Shown piece after piece: positions 31,484 to 42,685 of a stretch of 64,000 bases of DNA. The stretch comes from Schizochytrium sp. TIO01 (taxonomy: Eukaryota > Protista > Bigyra: Labyrinthulomycetes). Numbering within the stretch: position 1 is the first letter of the stretch; the number at the start of each line of letters is the position of its first letter. The stretch lies in NCBI GenBank assembly GCA_004764695.1, contig SMSO01000032.1, forward strand, positions 6,356,483 to 6,420,482. The letters run 5' to 3'. The notes beneath the pieces were generated by a model, which saw only the letters and a program-made list of their open reading frames with translations, was not told where the DNA came from and did no database searches. A program made the translations under genes and the position numbers.

Positions 31484-33433
31484 TCATGATCTATATGCTC
31501 CGAAGCCAGATAATGGAGACGCTGCTTTTGTAGTGTAGATAACATTTGCTTCTTTTTGGTTAGGATCGTCTCGGTGCCAAGGACGATGTACATCAACATG
31601 TTCGCGGAAGGGGTCATTTGGATCAAACTCTTGCACATCGAATTCATCCACGTTGGGAGGTACAATAGTAATCATTTGATTTGTCTTGGGCTTGGTAGGT
31701 CCAGCTGTAGAAGGAACAATAATTTGTGAATTGAGGCCAACGTAGCCACCCGAACTTTTTACTCCATAATTTCCCTTGACCGCAGACGGTGTGCTCTCAG
31801 AGCCAAGTGAGTCTTTCCTCTGATCTGCTCCTGTCGAACCTTGCTCGTTGGATGAGCATTCTGTTCCACGAGCCGTGGACGTCAAGTTGTCATCAAGCAC
31901 AGAAAAGAAAGTCTGGTAAGAGTCAAGCGTTTTCACCTTTTCACGGGCTACACTAGCCACGCAGGTAAACACGTGAAGGATCTCATCTACGCGCTGCTCA
32001 ATCATTCCAAGGCACTGAAGCATTTCCCGATCGCTGAGTTTATCCAAGTCGAATGTATCAGGAATCGGGAGAGAATCACACTCAGCCAGCTTGAAAATAT
32101 CCCGTACAAATGGCTTAAAGATATCCAATTTCTGAGAGAGCTCAGATGAGGACAGCTCTAGATCCTCGGCTTCGATAGCTGCTTGATCAGCCTTGTCACG
32201 CAAATCAGAGAGCACACGCCTCTTGAAGGCAGAGTAAGCACCTGATTGATTTTTGCTTTCATCAAGCTGGCCATGAAGCGTTGCCACAGCAGCTTCCAGG
32301 GAAGATACTTCAACATTCATTGATGCCAAATGCTGAAAAGCTCGGTAGTTTTTGTCTTCTGAAGCAGCCATAATTTCAGCTAGATGCTCAAGAGACTTTG
32401 CCCCTGTCAAACGCTGGACCTTGCCGAAGGCTTCTTCGAATGTGTTTACCTTTTCATTATACACATGGCTTGCAATTCTGGTTCGTGCAGAGGCCCAATT
32501 TCCAGTAACGACCGCCTTTTTCAGTTTTTCCTCGTCTCGTTGTACCTTTTTCAGAATAGTTGCTTCGACATCCTTGGCTTGATTTGGAGTGCTCATGCGA
32601 AGGCGGCTAAATTCCATCATGTACCGGTCCTCTTTCTCATTCATAACCCTACTGAGGGCATCCCACTCTCGCTCAAACTCATTTGCTGCATCGTGGTGTA
32701 ACTTCTCAAGGCGTTTAATTTCGCACACAGCATTTGTGCGCCGATCAAAAGCTGCACGAGAAGCTGCAACAATATTAGTAACCTTATCTTTCCGTTGTTG
32801 GATCTCTTTATCAAGATCGTTGATTTTTGTGTCGAGGCATTTAACCTCATTTCGGCCATAGTTGATATTATTTTTCAATTCTGTATAGATCCCTCGCAAA
32901 TCACATCTCCTTTTTGATGCGGCATAAATGCGCTGCTCCAATTGACGTACCCGCGTCTGCAAGCGCGCCATCGCACAGCCACCATCTCTAATTTGTTGTA
33001 GTTCCTGACGTAAAATTTTCTCGTCACTTTTAGCTTTGAAAAAGGCTGCTTTGAGATCTTGGCGGCGCTCTAGCTGTTCTTCAATTTTAGAGACAAAGAC
33101 ATCTCCTTGTGCATGAAGACGAGTAAGGCTTGTAACCAGAGGGTTTTGATGAGTGGTAATTTGTTTGGTCTTTGTTTGTCTTCGCCTTTTCTCTGGATTG
33201 ATTCGCCTTTTTTCCTTTCGAATCTTCATACTGCCATGCGCGCTGGAGTCTGCCATCCGATTCACAATTGCTGCCATTGTAAACTTGTCAGAGCCTGTCT
33301 GTGAACTAGTCTCAGGCTCCACGGAAAAGGGAGGGATGTCAAGCGAGCTCCCCGGGTAGAGATCCAGATCCTCTTCAGAAGACTCGTTATTCCTTTCATG
33401 GCTTGAGGCCTCTTTTGCCAAGGCTTCTCTCAT
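31484..33433 (-). CDS. ODAD1: Outer dynein arm docking complex subunit, ODA-DC2/CCDC114/CCDC63 family
   Basis: Coiled-coil protein with the family blocks FEEAFGKVQRLTG...SEDKNYRAFQHLASMNVEVSSLE and MLQCLGMIEQRVDEIL. Confidence 0.82.
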   Translation of the reverse strand: MREALAKEASSHERNNESSEEDLDLYPGSSLDIPPFSVEPETSSQTGSDKFTMAAIVNRMADSSAHGSMKIRKEKRRINPEKRRRQTKTKQITTHQNPLVTSLTRLHAQGDVFVSKIEEQLERRQDLKAAFFKAKSDEKILRQELQQIRDGGCAMARLQTRVRQLEQRIYAASKRRCDLRGIYTELKNNINYGRNEVKCLDTKINDLDKEIQQRKDKVTNIVAASRAAFDRRTNAVCEIKRLEKLHHDAANEFEREWDALSRVMNEKEDRYMMEFSRLRMSTPNQAKDVEATILKKVQRDEEKLKKAVVTGNWASARTRIASHVYNEKVNTFEEAFGKVQRLTGAKSLEHLAEIMAASEDKNYRAFQHLASMNVEVSSLEAAVATLHGQLDESKNQSGAYSAFKRRVLSDLRDKADQAAIEAEDLELSSSELSQKLDIFKPFVRDIFKLAECDSLPIPDTFDLDKLSDREMLQCLGMIEQRVDEILHVFTCVASVAREKVKTLDSYQTFFSVLDDNLTSTARGTECSSNEQGSTGADQRKDSLGSESTPSAVKGNYGVKSSGGYVGLNSQIIVPSTAGPTKPKTNQMITIVPPNVDEFDVQEFDPNDPFREHVDVHRPWHRDDPNQKEANVIYTTKAASPLSGFGAYRS

Positions 33434-33854
33434 CTTGTCTTCACCTATTGCGCAGTGCGTGTCGCAATGAGCTTAAACGAGGAACCGCTCGAGGCTATGT
33501 GCGAAGGAGGAAGTTGCTTGCTATGACAAGCTGCACCCAAATCGCCAACATAAGCTCCACACTACTGTTTAGTATTACTTGCTGTCAGCAGATGCACGGA
33601 TGGTGACTTCTATTACTAGCACTCTGCTAAGACGGTTTAATTTCTAAATGTTCCTGATCATATATTGATTGAGGTACACACTTTATCTTTGTAGTATTGG
33701 GGACACTTTTAAATTGTCGTAGTCACCTTCACCGGATACATTGATCGATTATTAGGCTTATTAGATACTATTTTCATATAATATTTTGTGGGATGGATAT
33801 AAATTTCAATCATGTCAATATAGTCAATGATTTAGTTGTAGAACATGCTTCCTT

Positions 33855-36452
33855 TTAAAAAGAATTTTTTTTCATCGACTGCTCCAAATAAGGTGGCGCC
33901 AAGGGTGATGAGGAGGAAGAAGAGGATGATGTCGATGAGGATGAGGATGATGAAGACGAAGCAGCACCAGAGGTTGAAGCACCAATGCGAGCAGAGAGAA
34001 CGGAAGGGGAATACAAACCAGGGTCATGATTTGGGGCAAAAGATTTTGTCCGGAAGTCGACAAAAAGCCCAAGGGAGGTATCTGCGATACGGTTGTCACA
34101 AACTCCTCCTGCGACTAGCAGGCACAATTCGGCGGCACTATCAACGAGAGTGTAGCCAAACGAGCTTCTCGGTGAAGGAAGGTCATGAGGAGCATACTGC
34201 CAGCCTGATGTCGGAGACTCAGTACTTTCAAATCGAAGCTGCAGGACTGAAGCTAGATCTCGGTGTGTTGCATCGCGGCCTCCCACAAGAATAATGCGTT
34301 GGTGGCCATCTGGGCATTTTAATGCAAATGCACCCATGGAATGACGAGGTGCTGGTAAGTCGTCCAGATTTTGCCAGCAGATGCTCGCGAGGAAAGTATT
34401 CGCGAATCGCTGATTCGAATTTGAGGACAATTTTTTCCGTTTGCTTCGGGGATGCGTACGGCGCGGCTGTTGAATTTGTCGAAAAATGTTTTCCTGGTCG
34501 GCATTAGAGGTATTGGTTATGGAGGTAATCGAGAATACTTCGACTGATGAAAGAGTTTTGTCTCCTTGGGAAGAAACACCTCCGATGATAATCATTGTTG
34601 TATCGTTAAGAACGCAAGAGGCTGCAGCAAATCGAGGCACACGAAGATCAGAAAGTGGCTCCCATGCTGTCCCCCATGTCCATGTGAGTTGTGCACCTTG
34701 GTCATACCTGCAAGAGACCTCAAGCGCAAGCGTGGATGCCTGGGCATGACCAAACTGATCACAGCCAGCAGCAACTACGACAAGATAGCGACTATTTGGC
34801 TTGATACATAGCCAGGATGCAGAGGCTGCGACTCGAGGAGCAGGCAATTGTGTAATGCGAATCCATTGTTTGGATTCAAATATAAAAGCAGAAGCAGAAG
34901 ATACAATTTTCCCTGTGCTGACATCGCAACCCCCAAGTATGATGGCAAACTGATTTCTAGCTACTGCGATTGCAGCATCAACTACACTGGCATTGCAGGC
35001 CGTTCCTGCAACTCCCTGACTTGGCTGCTGAGAGATAAGCGAACCAATCATATTTGACATCGAGGTAGATGTTGAGGAAGTGGAGGATGTAGCATGTCCA
35101 GACTCGACTTGTCTCACAATAAAAGGTACTTGCGGACTTAAGCTAAACTGGTTTGAGCAACGTGTTGGATTACTTTTTGGACCCCGCTGTGCAAGAGAAG
35201 GAAAACGCTCTCGGACATACACACTTGGGAAGCTGACCAAGCGAAAATGGGAAGGCCCCATACCTCCAAACGTGAAATATTTTTGTTGATAAGTAGCACA
35301 GGAGAGGCCCATGAGAGGTATACATAACTTATCGATGTGTCTCCATACCTTAGAAGTAAAAATCATATCTTGAGCCTGCTTTCGGGCCACATCAAGCAAG
35401 TATCCCCAAGCGTCCGAATTGGAAGAAAGGGAGGTTTCAACAACACCAAACTTTCGAAGAAAGTCAGGGGAGGAAGGAAACATTATTTGGGCTTGCGCAA
35501 GAATTGCATCAATCATTGGACGATCTGCGTTGCCAATTCGAATTTCCCCAAGTAAACAGGCGATATTGCTGCTATTGAAGGAATGTTCAGATCGAAATAG
35601 CCATTCTACTACGGCCTGAACAAGAACAGGGCCCGGCATAAAGCTTTGTTTGGCTTCGCGAACCCATGTTCTTACATCATCTACAGACAAAGCGAGCCAT
35701 GAGTCTGTCTTACTAATGACCTCAAGGTTTCTTACAATATAAATCTTCAGCTGCTCAATTTCTTCTTGCGTTCCAAATCGAGCAACATACACGTATGCTT
35801 GAAGAGCTACTTGTGGAGTGATGAGCACACGTAGACAGCCTAGAGCGGCGCTTCGAAGATAGCTCATTCCCAATGTGTCAGCTGCAAGCAACAGTTGAGC
35901 AGCATCGCCGAATGTATCACATGAAACATTGTCACCATATATGTGATTCTTAATCTTGTTGATCACGGCGGCTGTGCAAAACTCCCGTTTGCAGTGGAGT
36001 TGGTGAAGACCATTTTTAATTGCAGCTGCAATAGCGTCTGCTTGAGGGGCGGCGAGGACGCCTAAAATTTGAATTTCTGATCCATCAACTGCGATTAGAG
36101 TGAAATCATCCTCCGCAATCACCGCAGAGGTGGAAAACGAATTTGTGGTCATGTCATTCGCATCGACGGGGCGACTGGAGGATACTTTTCCATCTTCCTC
36201 CTCTTCCTCCTCTGTAGAGCTTGAGTTCATGAGAACAGCCGTATCATCCTCATTTGCTTCACCTGTGATCCTCTTGCTCGTTGCAGATTCTCTCTTGAGG
36301 GCTAGTCCGGTAGAGCTCGAGGAAACTGAGGCAAGTTTGCGCTTACTCATCTTCGCTGGGTTTTCCTGGCTTTTGCTATCACTCTTCTCCCTCGTGACAG
36401 CTCTCGAATTCTTTCTTTGCAAATATGTTATCCGACGATCTGATTTGGACAT
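33855..36452 (-). CDS. BTB/POZ-BACK-Kelch repeat protein (probable Cul3 substrate adaptor)
   Basis: BTB-like DFTLIAVDG...IYGD...LLLAADTLGMSYLR, BACK-like WLALS...AVVEWL, and Kelch blades (FTFGG, IILGG, IIIGG, ILVGG, LVAGG; LPAPR, LRVPR, LPSPR). First ATG at 36452, alternative at 36350; the ORF track begins at a GTG. Confidence 0.85.
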   Translation of the reverse strand: MSKSDRRITYLQRKNSRAVTREKSDSKSQENPAKMSKRKLASVSSSSTGLALKRESATSKRITGEANEDDTAVLMNSSSTEEEEEEDGKVSSSRPVDANDMTTNSFSTSAVIAEDDFTLIAVDGSEIQILGVLAAPQADAIAAAIKNGLHQLHCKREFCTAAVINKIKNHIYGDNVSCDTFGDAAQLLLAADTLGMSYLRSAALGCLRVLITPQVALQAYVYVARFGTQEEIEQLKIYIVRNLEVISKTDSWLALSVDDVRTWVREAKQSFMPGPVLVQAVVEWLFRSEHSFNSSNIACLLGEIRIGNADRPMIDAILAQAQIMFPSSPDFLRKFGVVETSLSSNSDAWGYLLDVARKQAQDMIFTSKVWRHIDKLCIPLMGLSCATYQQKYFTFGGMGPSHFRLVSFPSVYVRERFPSLAQRGPKSNPTRCSNQFSLSPQVPFIVRQVESGHATSSTSSTSTSMSNMIGSLISQQPSQGVAGTACNASVVDAAIAVARNQFAIILGGCDVSTGKIVSSASAFIFESKQWIRITQLPAPRVAASASWLCIKPNSRYLVVVAAGCDQFGHAQASTLALEVSCRYDQGAQLTWTWGTAWEPLSDLRVPRFAAASCVLNDTTMIIIGGVSSQGDKTLSSVEVFSITSITNTSNADQENIFRQIQQPRRTHPRSKRKKLSSNSNQRFANTFLASICWQNLDDLPAPRHSMGAFALKCPDGHQRIILVGGRDATHRDLASVLQLRFESTESPTSGWQYAPHDLPSPRSSFGYTLVDSAAELCLLVAGGVCDNRIADTSLGLFVDFRTKSFAPNHDPGLYSPSVLSARIGASTSGAASSSSSSSSSTSSSSSSSSPLAPPYLEQSMKKNSF

Positions 36453-37541
36453 TTGAAATTTAGGATGTGAGTTCAAGCTTTTTTCATGCCTCCAAATTTG
36501 AATTTCTCTCCTCGATCTTGTATCACTGAGGAACAGAGGTCCAAATTTATCTGGAGATATTTTCCGATCATCTCGCGATTGGATAGAGATTGGAGTTGGC
36601 AGCACAGAATACTAATACTTGGTTTTATTTTCTTAGATCTCTTCCTGATCGCGAGTGTTTCAAGATTCACGTTGTGCTCAAAACCGGGAAGAGAAAACAG
36701 GCAAACTTAGGGAAAGGATAAAGATAGATAATATTTGTAAGGAACTATACATCATCATCATCATCATCATTAGACGTACATACATATTAAAAAGAGGACG
36801 ATGTAAGCCATCGTCCTGGTAGTAGTTGAGAAGTGCGTGCGCAAGAATGGAAATGATCCGAAATGGCTACGCTGCAATTTGATAATCATCAACCATCGAG
36901 ATTTAGAGCCTAGCAACAAGGGAGGAGTCAGAAAAGAAAAGTTGCTAGAGCAGGAGCTGAAAGGGGCAAAAAAAGGCACGCATTGGAGAATTCGTAGCCG
37001 ATGCAGGAGACATGTAATGTAGAGGTAGTGTAGATAAAATAAGCAATTGAAACAGCAACGAAAACATGAAAAGGAAAAATTCCGTCATGGTCGCGTGCGA
37101 TGACCTGGCGGCAATACAGGCTCAAGACGCGCAGGGAAGTTTTATTCAATGCTTGAATACGCACGCGAACCTGGAGTCCTTGTCCACCTTGATGCAGTCA
37201 GATGCCTGAAATTTTATCTCCCTGTGCCTGCAAACAAAGACACCCAAGTCATACTTGGGGAGCCATTCTGTTACACTGAGTCTCGGGAAACGAGTGTTTT
37301 CTCACCTCAAACTTTGTAAGTTGGAGAGCCCTTGACTCTCTTCTTCTAAATCCTGTTTATTATAGTATATTGTGAGGCTGAATGGCAATCTGAGTTGATC
37401 AAGGTATTTTGCTAAACAAGCAAGCAGGCAGGGAGGTGGGCAGCAGGCTTTTTGAGTTCAACCAGCAAACAGTAAGGAAGGAAAAAATGAAAGAGTATGA
37501 GAAAAATGAGGGAGTAGCTACATGTCCCAAACATCTACTCG

Positions 37542-39635
37542 TTACTTCCCGTTGATTGAATCATCAGGATTGATCGAAGGCACACGATGTGGTGCTTCCG
37601 CGGGTTCAGAAGAATCTTGCTTCGTCTTCGTAGCCATCTCCGCGACCGTGGTCGGGTCCTGCTGACCCGTTGTTGCGTTGATATCTGTTTCGTTACGGTT
37701 CTCCTTGCCTGCTCTACATGAGTCGGCTGTTTGCGGGTTTTCCTGGTCCACAGAGGGTGCAGATGACTTTGCATCAGATGTGCAGATTTCAATACTGCCC
37801 TCGTCGATTGTGCTGGCATCCTCAATGCGGCTGCCATTGATTAGGTCATCCTCATCCTCGCTATCAGAAAGGTGAACGCCTTCGGAGTGAAGCGACATGT
37901 TGTCCCCTGACATGTCTTCAATATCGAGAGATTGTGAGGGTACTTGAGCAATCACATCCTCGTGCCCCTCGCGGATAATGGCCATGAAATCTTTGACAGT
38001 GATTTTACCTTGAAGTCCGAGTGAACTGTTTCTCTCAATGACCTCATCTAGAACCTTGGAGGCATATTTGCCATCCTCATCCTTAAGGTGCGATCCAAAC
38101 ATAGTGCGGATCTGGTCAACATCGATGAGGCCATCGTTGTCGAGGTCAAGGCGAGAAAAGGCATGTTGGATGATAGTTTCATCGTGCTCAAAGCTGAGAC
38201 TGAGTGCTGCAGCAAGGAATTCGTTGAAGTGAACCTTTCCTGTGCGATCGAAGTCCATTGCTTGGAAAATCTCGCGACACTCAGAATCGCTGAGTTTGTG
38301 ATGGCTGGTGAGCTCGTGCTCAAGCTCCTCAGATGTGATGTACCCGTCACCATCCTTGTCAAGGATCTTGAAGGCGTTTTCGAGATCTTTAATATCATCG
38401 TGGGAAAGCTCATAGGAGACGGCCTGGAGGGCAATCCGTGTGAAACTTGCGTGGCGTGCGTATTGCTGGAGGCTCTTGATGATGCCATCATGGACCATAG
38501 AAGAATCGCTTGAGATGGAGCTAGTTGCTTCAGTTTCCGCCTCCGAGGCAAGTTCCATGCGAAACCAAGGGTGATCGAGGGCCTCACGCGCTGTAATGCG
38601 CCTCTTGACGTTAATAACGAGGCACTTGCGTACAAAGTCTTTGGCCTCCTCAGAGAGGGTTTTCCAGATGGGACGGGACATGGAGTAGACACCTCGGAGA
38701 GCAGAAGCCATGATTTTTTGTTCCGTTTCGCCCTTGAACGGGGGAGTACCTGAGAGAAGCATATAGACAATGACTCCAAGGGACCACATGTCACACTCGA
38801 CACCGTAGTTCTTCTTGAGAACTTCAGGGGCAATATAGTAGGATGATCCGACAATATCGTGCATTTGCGCTGTTGTAGTGCGGCCGGAGGACTTGTATTT
38901 CACAGAGAGGCCAAAATCGATGAGTACAAGGTCAGACCCGCCTTCCTCGCGGTAAACAAAATTCTCAAGTTTGAGGTCTCTGTGAACGATTCCTCTTGAA
39001 TGAAGGTACGCAATGGCGCTCACCATTTGCCGCGTTGTGTTACGTGCATCAACCTCTGAGAACCTTCCCTTGGGCGAGTCTACCGTGAGCCTCTTGAAGA
39101 GTTCTCCTCCTTCCAGGAGCTCCATGATCAGATACAAGTTTAGGCCTTCCTCCTCATAAGTCTCGTACAGCTTTGCGATGTGCGGATGGTCGAGCTTTGC
39201 GAGCACAAGAATCTCGTCGAGGAGTTCTTGCCTCCTGTGAGGAGACATGTTCTTGGATAACCTTAAAATCTTACAAGCGAATTTGCGGCTGTCGTCTCTC
39301 CGCTTCACTACACGAACCTGGCCCCAGTTTCCTGATCCGAGCCAGCCGTCCTCGCCAGGTTTTCCGCCAGGAGCTGCTTTCTTGCGTTTCGGGTGTTGCA
39401 GTCCATCGTAGACCTTGCGAATGTCCTCATTCAAATGCAGCTGGACCATGGCTTCATTTAGGGTCGAGAGTTCTCTCTGGTACATTGCCTCGCCTGTTAG
39501 CGACCCTGACCTCGCCTTCTTCCTTTTCAATTCGTCTGCCGCGCTCTGCTTTCTTGCTGCCGCATCTTTTCCATCTCGCGGCGCATTCTTACCATCCGCG
39601 GCGCCCTTGGACGCCTTGGATCCTGTGCAGCCCAT
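37542..39635 (-). CDS. Calcium-dependent protein kinase (CDPK), predicted N-myristoylated/palmitoylated
   Basis: N-terminus MGCTGSK, kinase motifs GSGNWG, ACK, HRDLKLEN, DFG, APE, junction IIKSLQQY...IALQAV, and EF-hands DKDGDGYITSEE, DFDRTGKVHFNE, DLDNDGLIDVDQ. Confidence 0.95.
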   Translation of the reverse strand: MGCTGSKASKGAADGKNAPRDGKDAAARKQSAADELKRKKARSGSLTGEAMYQRELSTLNEAMVQLHLNEDIRKVYDGLQHPKRKKAAPGGKPGEDGWLGSGNWGQVRVVKRRDDSRKFACKILRLSKNMSPHRRQELLDEILVLAKLDHPHIAKLYETYEEEGLNLYLIMELLEGGELFKRLTVDSPKGRFSEVDARNTTRQMVSAIAYLHSRGIVHRDLKLENFVYREEGGSDLVLIDFGLSVKYKSSGRTTTAQMHDIVGSSYYIAPEVLKKNYGVECDMWSLGVIVYMLLSGTPPFKGETEQKIMASALRGVYSMSRPIWKTLSEEAKDFVRKCLVINVKRRITAREALDHPWFRMELASEAETEATSSISSDSSMVHDGIIKSLQQYARHASFTRIALQAVSYELSHDDIKDLENAFKILDKDGDGYITSEELEHELTSHHKLSDSECREIFQAMDFDRTGKVHFNEFLAAALSLSFEHDETIIQHAFSRLDLDNDGLIDVDQIRTMFGSHLKDEDGKYASKVLDEVIERNSSLGLQGKITVKDFMAIIREGHEDVIAQVPSQSLDIEDMSGDNMSLHSEGVHLSDSEDEDDLINGSRIEDASTIDEGSIEICTSDAKSSAPSVDQENPQTADSCRAGKENRNETDINATTGQQDPTTVAEMATKTKQDSSEPAEAPHRVPSINPDDSINGK

Positions 39636-42600
39636 GCTTCACGCTTCACCGTCGCTTGGCCGCCCTGGCCACGAGAGACCTGTTTCTTTCTTTCCGTGAC
39701 GACCTTTTCCGAGGTGGGTGGTTTATCTTTGTAGGATTCCTCGTAGTCCCTGACTGGAGTCTCTCAAGGTATGCCCCGTCGCCGTCGAGCTCCTCCTCGA
39801 AGTGCAACAAGATCGACCTTCACTTGAAGATCGACCAAACTCAGACTCCGATTGAACAGCACAAGAGACTAAGAGCAGGAAAAGAGAGAGGGGGAGAGAG
39901 AAAGGTTCAAGCGAACGCGTCGCTGCGTCCACGAACGCGACGCTGCTGTCGTCGAGTCCGCCTGTGTGTATGCGTAACGATGGACGTCCAATCGACGCTC
40001 AATCGATCGATTGATTGATTGTCTGTTTGAAGAGGACAATGGCTGATCGATCGATTGATCAATTGATTTGCTCGAATGAGGGAATGAAATAAATAGGGAA
40101 TGAATAAATAATGTTTGAACGAAAGTAATTCAGTCGAAGCGATGCGACTTTCTACCTTTTAGTATAATTGGTAGTGTTTCTCTCTCTTCCTTCTTTCCCT
40201 CCTTTTCAAAACAAAAACAAAACAATCAATAAGTTTCTTTCTTCTTCTGATTTGTTTCGTTTTTTACAGTATTTTTCAAACTACTATTATTTTAAAAATA
40301 AAATAAAACATCTCACTCTTATTGATTAATCCTTTAAAAAAATAAATAAATAAATAACAACATGTAGTACACCATAATTAATAACAACTATACAAGCAGA
40401 AGAAAAAACATTCTTTTTTATAATGTAATTCACCAAAGTGCTAGAAAGCATTCCCTCTATGCCGTGTTGCAAAATATACTCATCTACTCTACGCCTACGG
40501 AAACACCTATGCGCGGTGCTAGCAGCTTACAGGAACTGGCACCCTCACTATAGAAACGCTAACCAATCAAGTCAAGTTCTTAATCAGAGCTTAAAACGTT
40601 AAAGTCTTCTTCTGTGAGCAGAGCATCGAAGGTCACTCACTATTCATTCTACTATTCCCACTATCTGCCTCGCTATCTGTCTACACGTACGTATCTATAT
40701 ATGTATGTATGCATATATATATATGTATGTATGACTGAGTGAGTGAGTGACAGAAACAACGAACGATGATGCGAATAAATCGATCCATCGCTCTTTCCCT
40801 CTGTTCCCTCCTCTTTCTGTCCTCTGTCTGCTGCTGACTCCTCGATGGGCGTGAGCTCCGCCGCTTCTGCCTCCAAATCGTATCTCGATCCTTCGAGCCT
40901 TTATCTCCATGCTCTCCATCCATCCGCCAACCTATCAGTCAATCAATCGAAGCCTCAACAACTTCAGTTCTTCAGGCCGCGACAATCCATATTCTTTCTC
41001 TTCTTCGGCTTTCCTTTCGAGCAAATGAACAAACAAACAATCATTAGATAGCCTACTTACTACCCCTACGGTTCCTCCTACCTGGCGCAGTAGGTACCGT
41101 ACATACCAAGCATATACATACAAATACGTACTGCATATACTTATGCCTAAGCACATGGCACCTTTCTTCATTTGTTAAAGCTTCGGTTCCATTTCAAAAA
41201 AGAGGCTCGAGTAGTAAGTGCCTACTGAATGCCTAGCAGTCTCTAGGGTAGACAGGAGAAGATGGACTCTATGGGTGGTAATATTCATTTTCTTTCGTTT
41301 CAAAGAAGAGTGAGGGAGAACTCCTCTGATGGAGAGAAAGGAAGAGAAGAAGAAGAAGAAAATAAAATTATAGAAAATAAGGTCCCTCCGGTAGACCGAT
41401 CGAAGAGGCTCTTCTTTCTGCGCGCTGCTTGAACAGGAGAAGCGTGCGTGGAAGGGCGCGAACTTGCAGTAGGTCATTGAAATCTCATCATTCAATTCAT
41501 GCACGCAGCCAAAGTCGCAGACGAGTGTTTTCTACTTGAATTTTCCATTCGTTTCTTTATAATTATTTAACTTTTTAACGCAATGTTAGACTATAGCTCT
41601 TTTTGATTCTTTCTTTGATTTCGTTTATTTTTAAATGCCTAAAACTGTTAAGGTATCGAGGCCTACCTAGGCACCTGCCTAGGAGGCGCCTAAGCTTCCC
41701 GTCTGTCGTCTCGCCCTGCTTAGTAGTAGTCTCTTTTTTTCTTTTTCTTTTTTTTAATAGAGTCTGTCACTGAGTGCATAGGTCAGTGTAACTAATGACA
41801 ACAATGTTATTCTTTGGCGCCTTCTTCGGCATCTCGAGGTTTCAAGTTTCCGTCCCCAAATACCTCACCAAAGTCTTCGAGTCCGTCGCGTATTCCCGTC
41901 CAACTTGCAGCGCTCATCCTGAATCGCTGTGCATATTCCGGACCTCTCACGCATTGCATCATCCTCGCAACGATTCATTTCTAAATAAGATAGATGATCT
42001 TGATTTTATCCATCCATCCACCTCCTTCTTCTTCTTCTAATTGCAATGACCCTAATCTTCGAAGATGTGAGAGATTTGTGAATCTTGAGATTGCGAAGGC
42101 CATAAATGCGATCGATTGGGAGTCATTGACTCAATGGATCATCGCTCCATCTTCTTTCCTTTCTGCTGTTTGTTCAACCAATAATCTGATCATTTTCGCC
42201 TCTTCGGCATCATCAGTTTTTAAAAGCAAAGCTAAACAGCAAATCTCACTTTCTCTTTCTCAATCCCTGTAAGATTGCTATAACTATTTAGCTAATTAAC
42301 TAGCTAACTAAGCCAACTACCTGCCCTCACTACTGCTACGAAGGCAGGCTTCCTCCATTTCCCTTCAAGTTCTTTCTTCTTTCTTCTTTCTTCTTTCTTC
42401 CATGCGAAATCAGATGTTGATGACTCTTTTTTCCCTTTTCCCTTTTCCCTTTTTATTTTTTTTAAGAATATACTTTTACAATATGATAATTGGTAGTAAG
42501 TGCGTGGTATATGACAATAGCAGGTTTCCTAAACCCAGCCTCGGACTCCCAGCTAGGCGCCTACTAGTGTTATCGTTAGGCATCTCTATCGCTGGCTAGT

Positions 42601-42656
42601 TGCCTTCACTCTCAATTCATCTCCAATGGCAGAACAGGGCAAGAACAGCGCTAGGC

Positions 42657-42685
42657 TTCTTCTTCTTCTTCTTCTTCTTCTTCTT
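42657..42685. repeat. (TTC)n microsatellite
   Basis: About 9 tandem TTC units seen directly. Confidence 0.9.

Noticed and set aside
38048-40018. 268-aa and 281-aa ORFs overlapping the CDPK
   Set aside because: Alternate-frame and antisense shadows of a well-supported gene.
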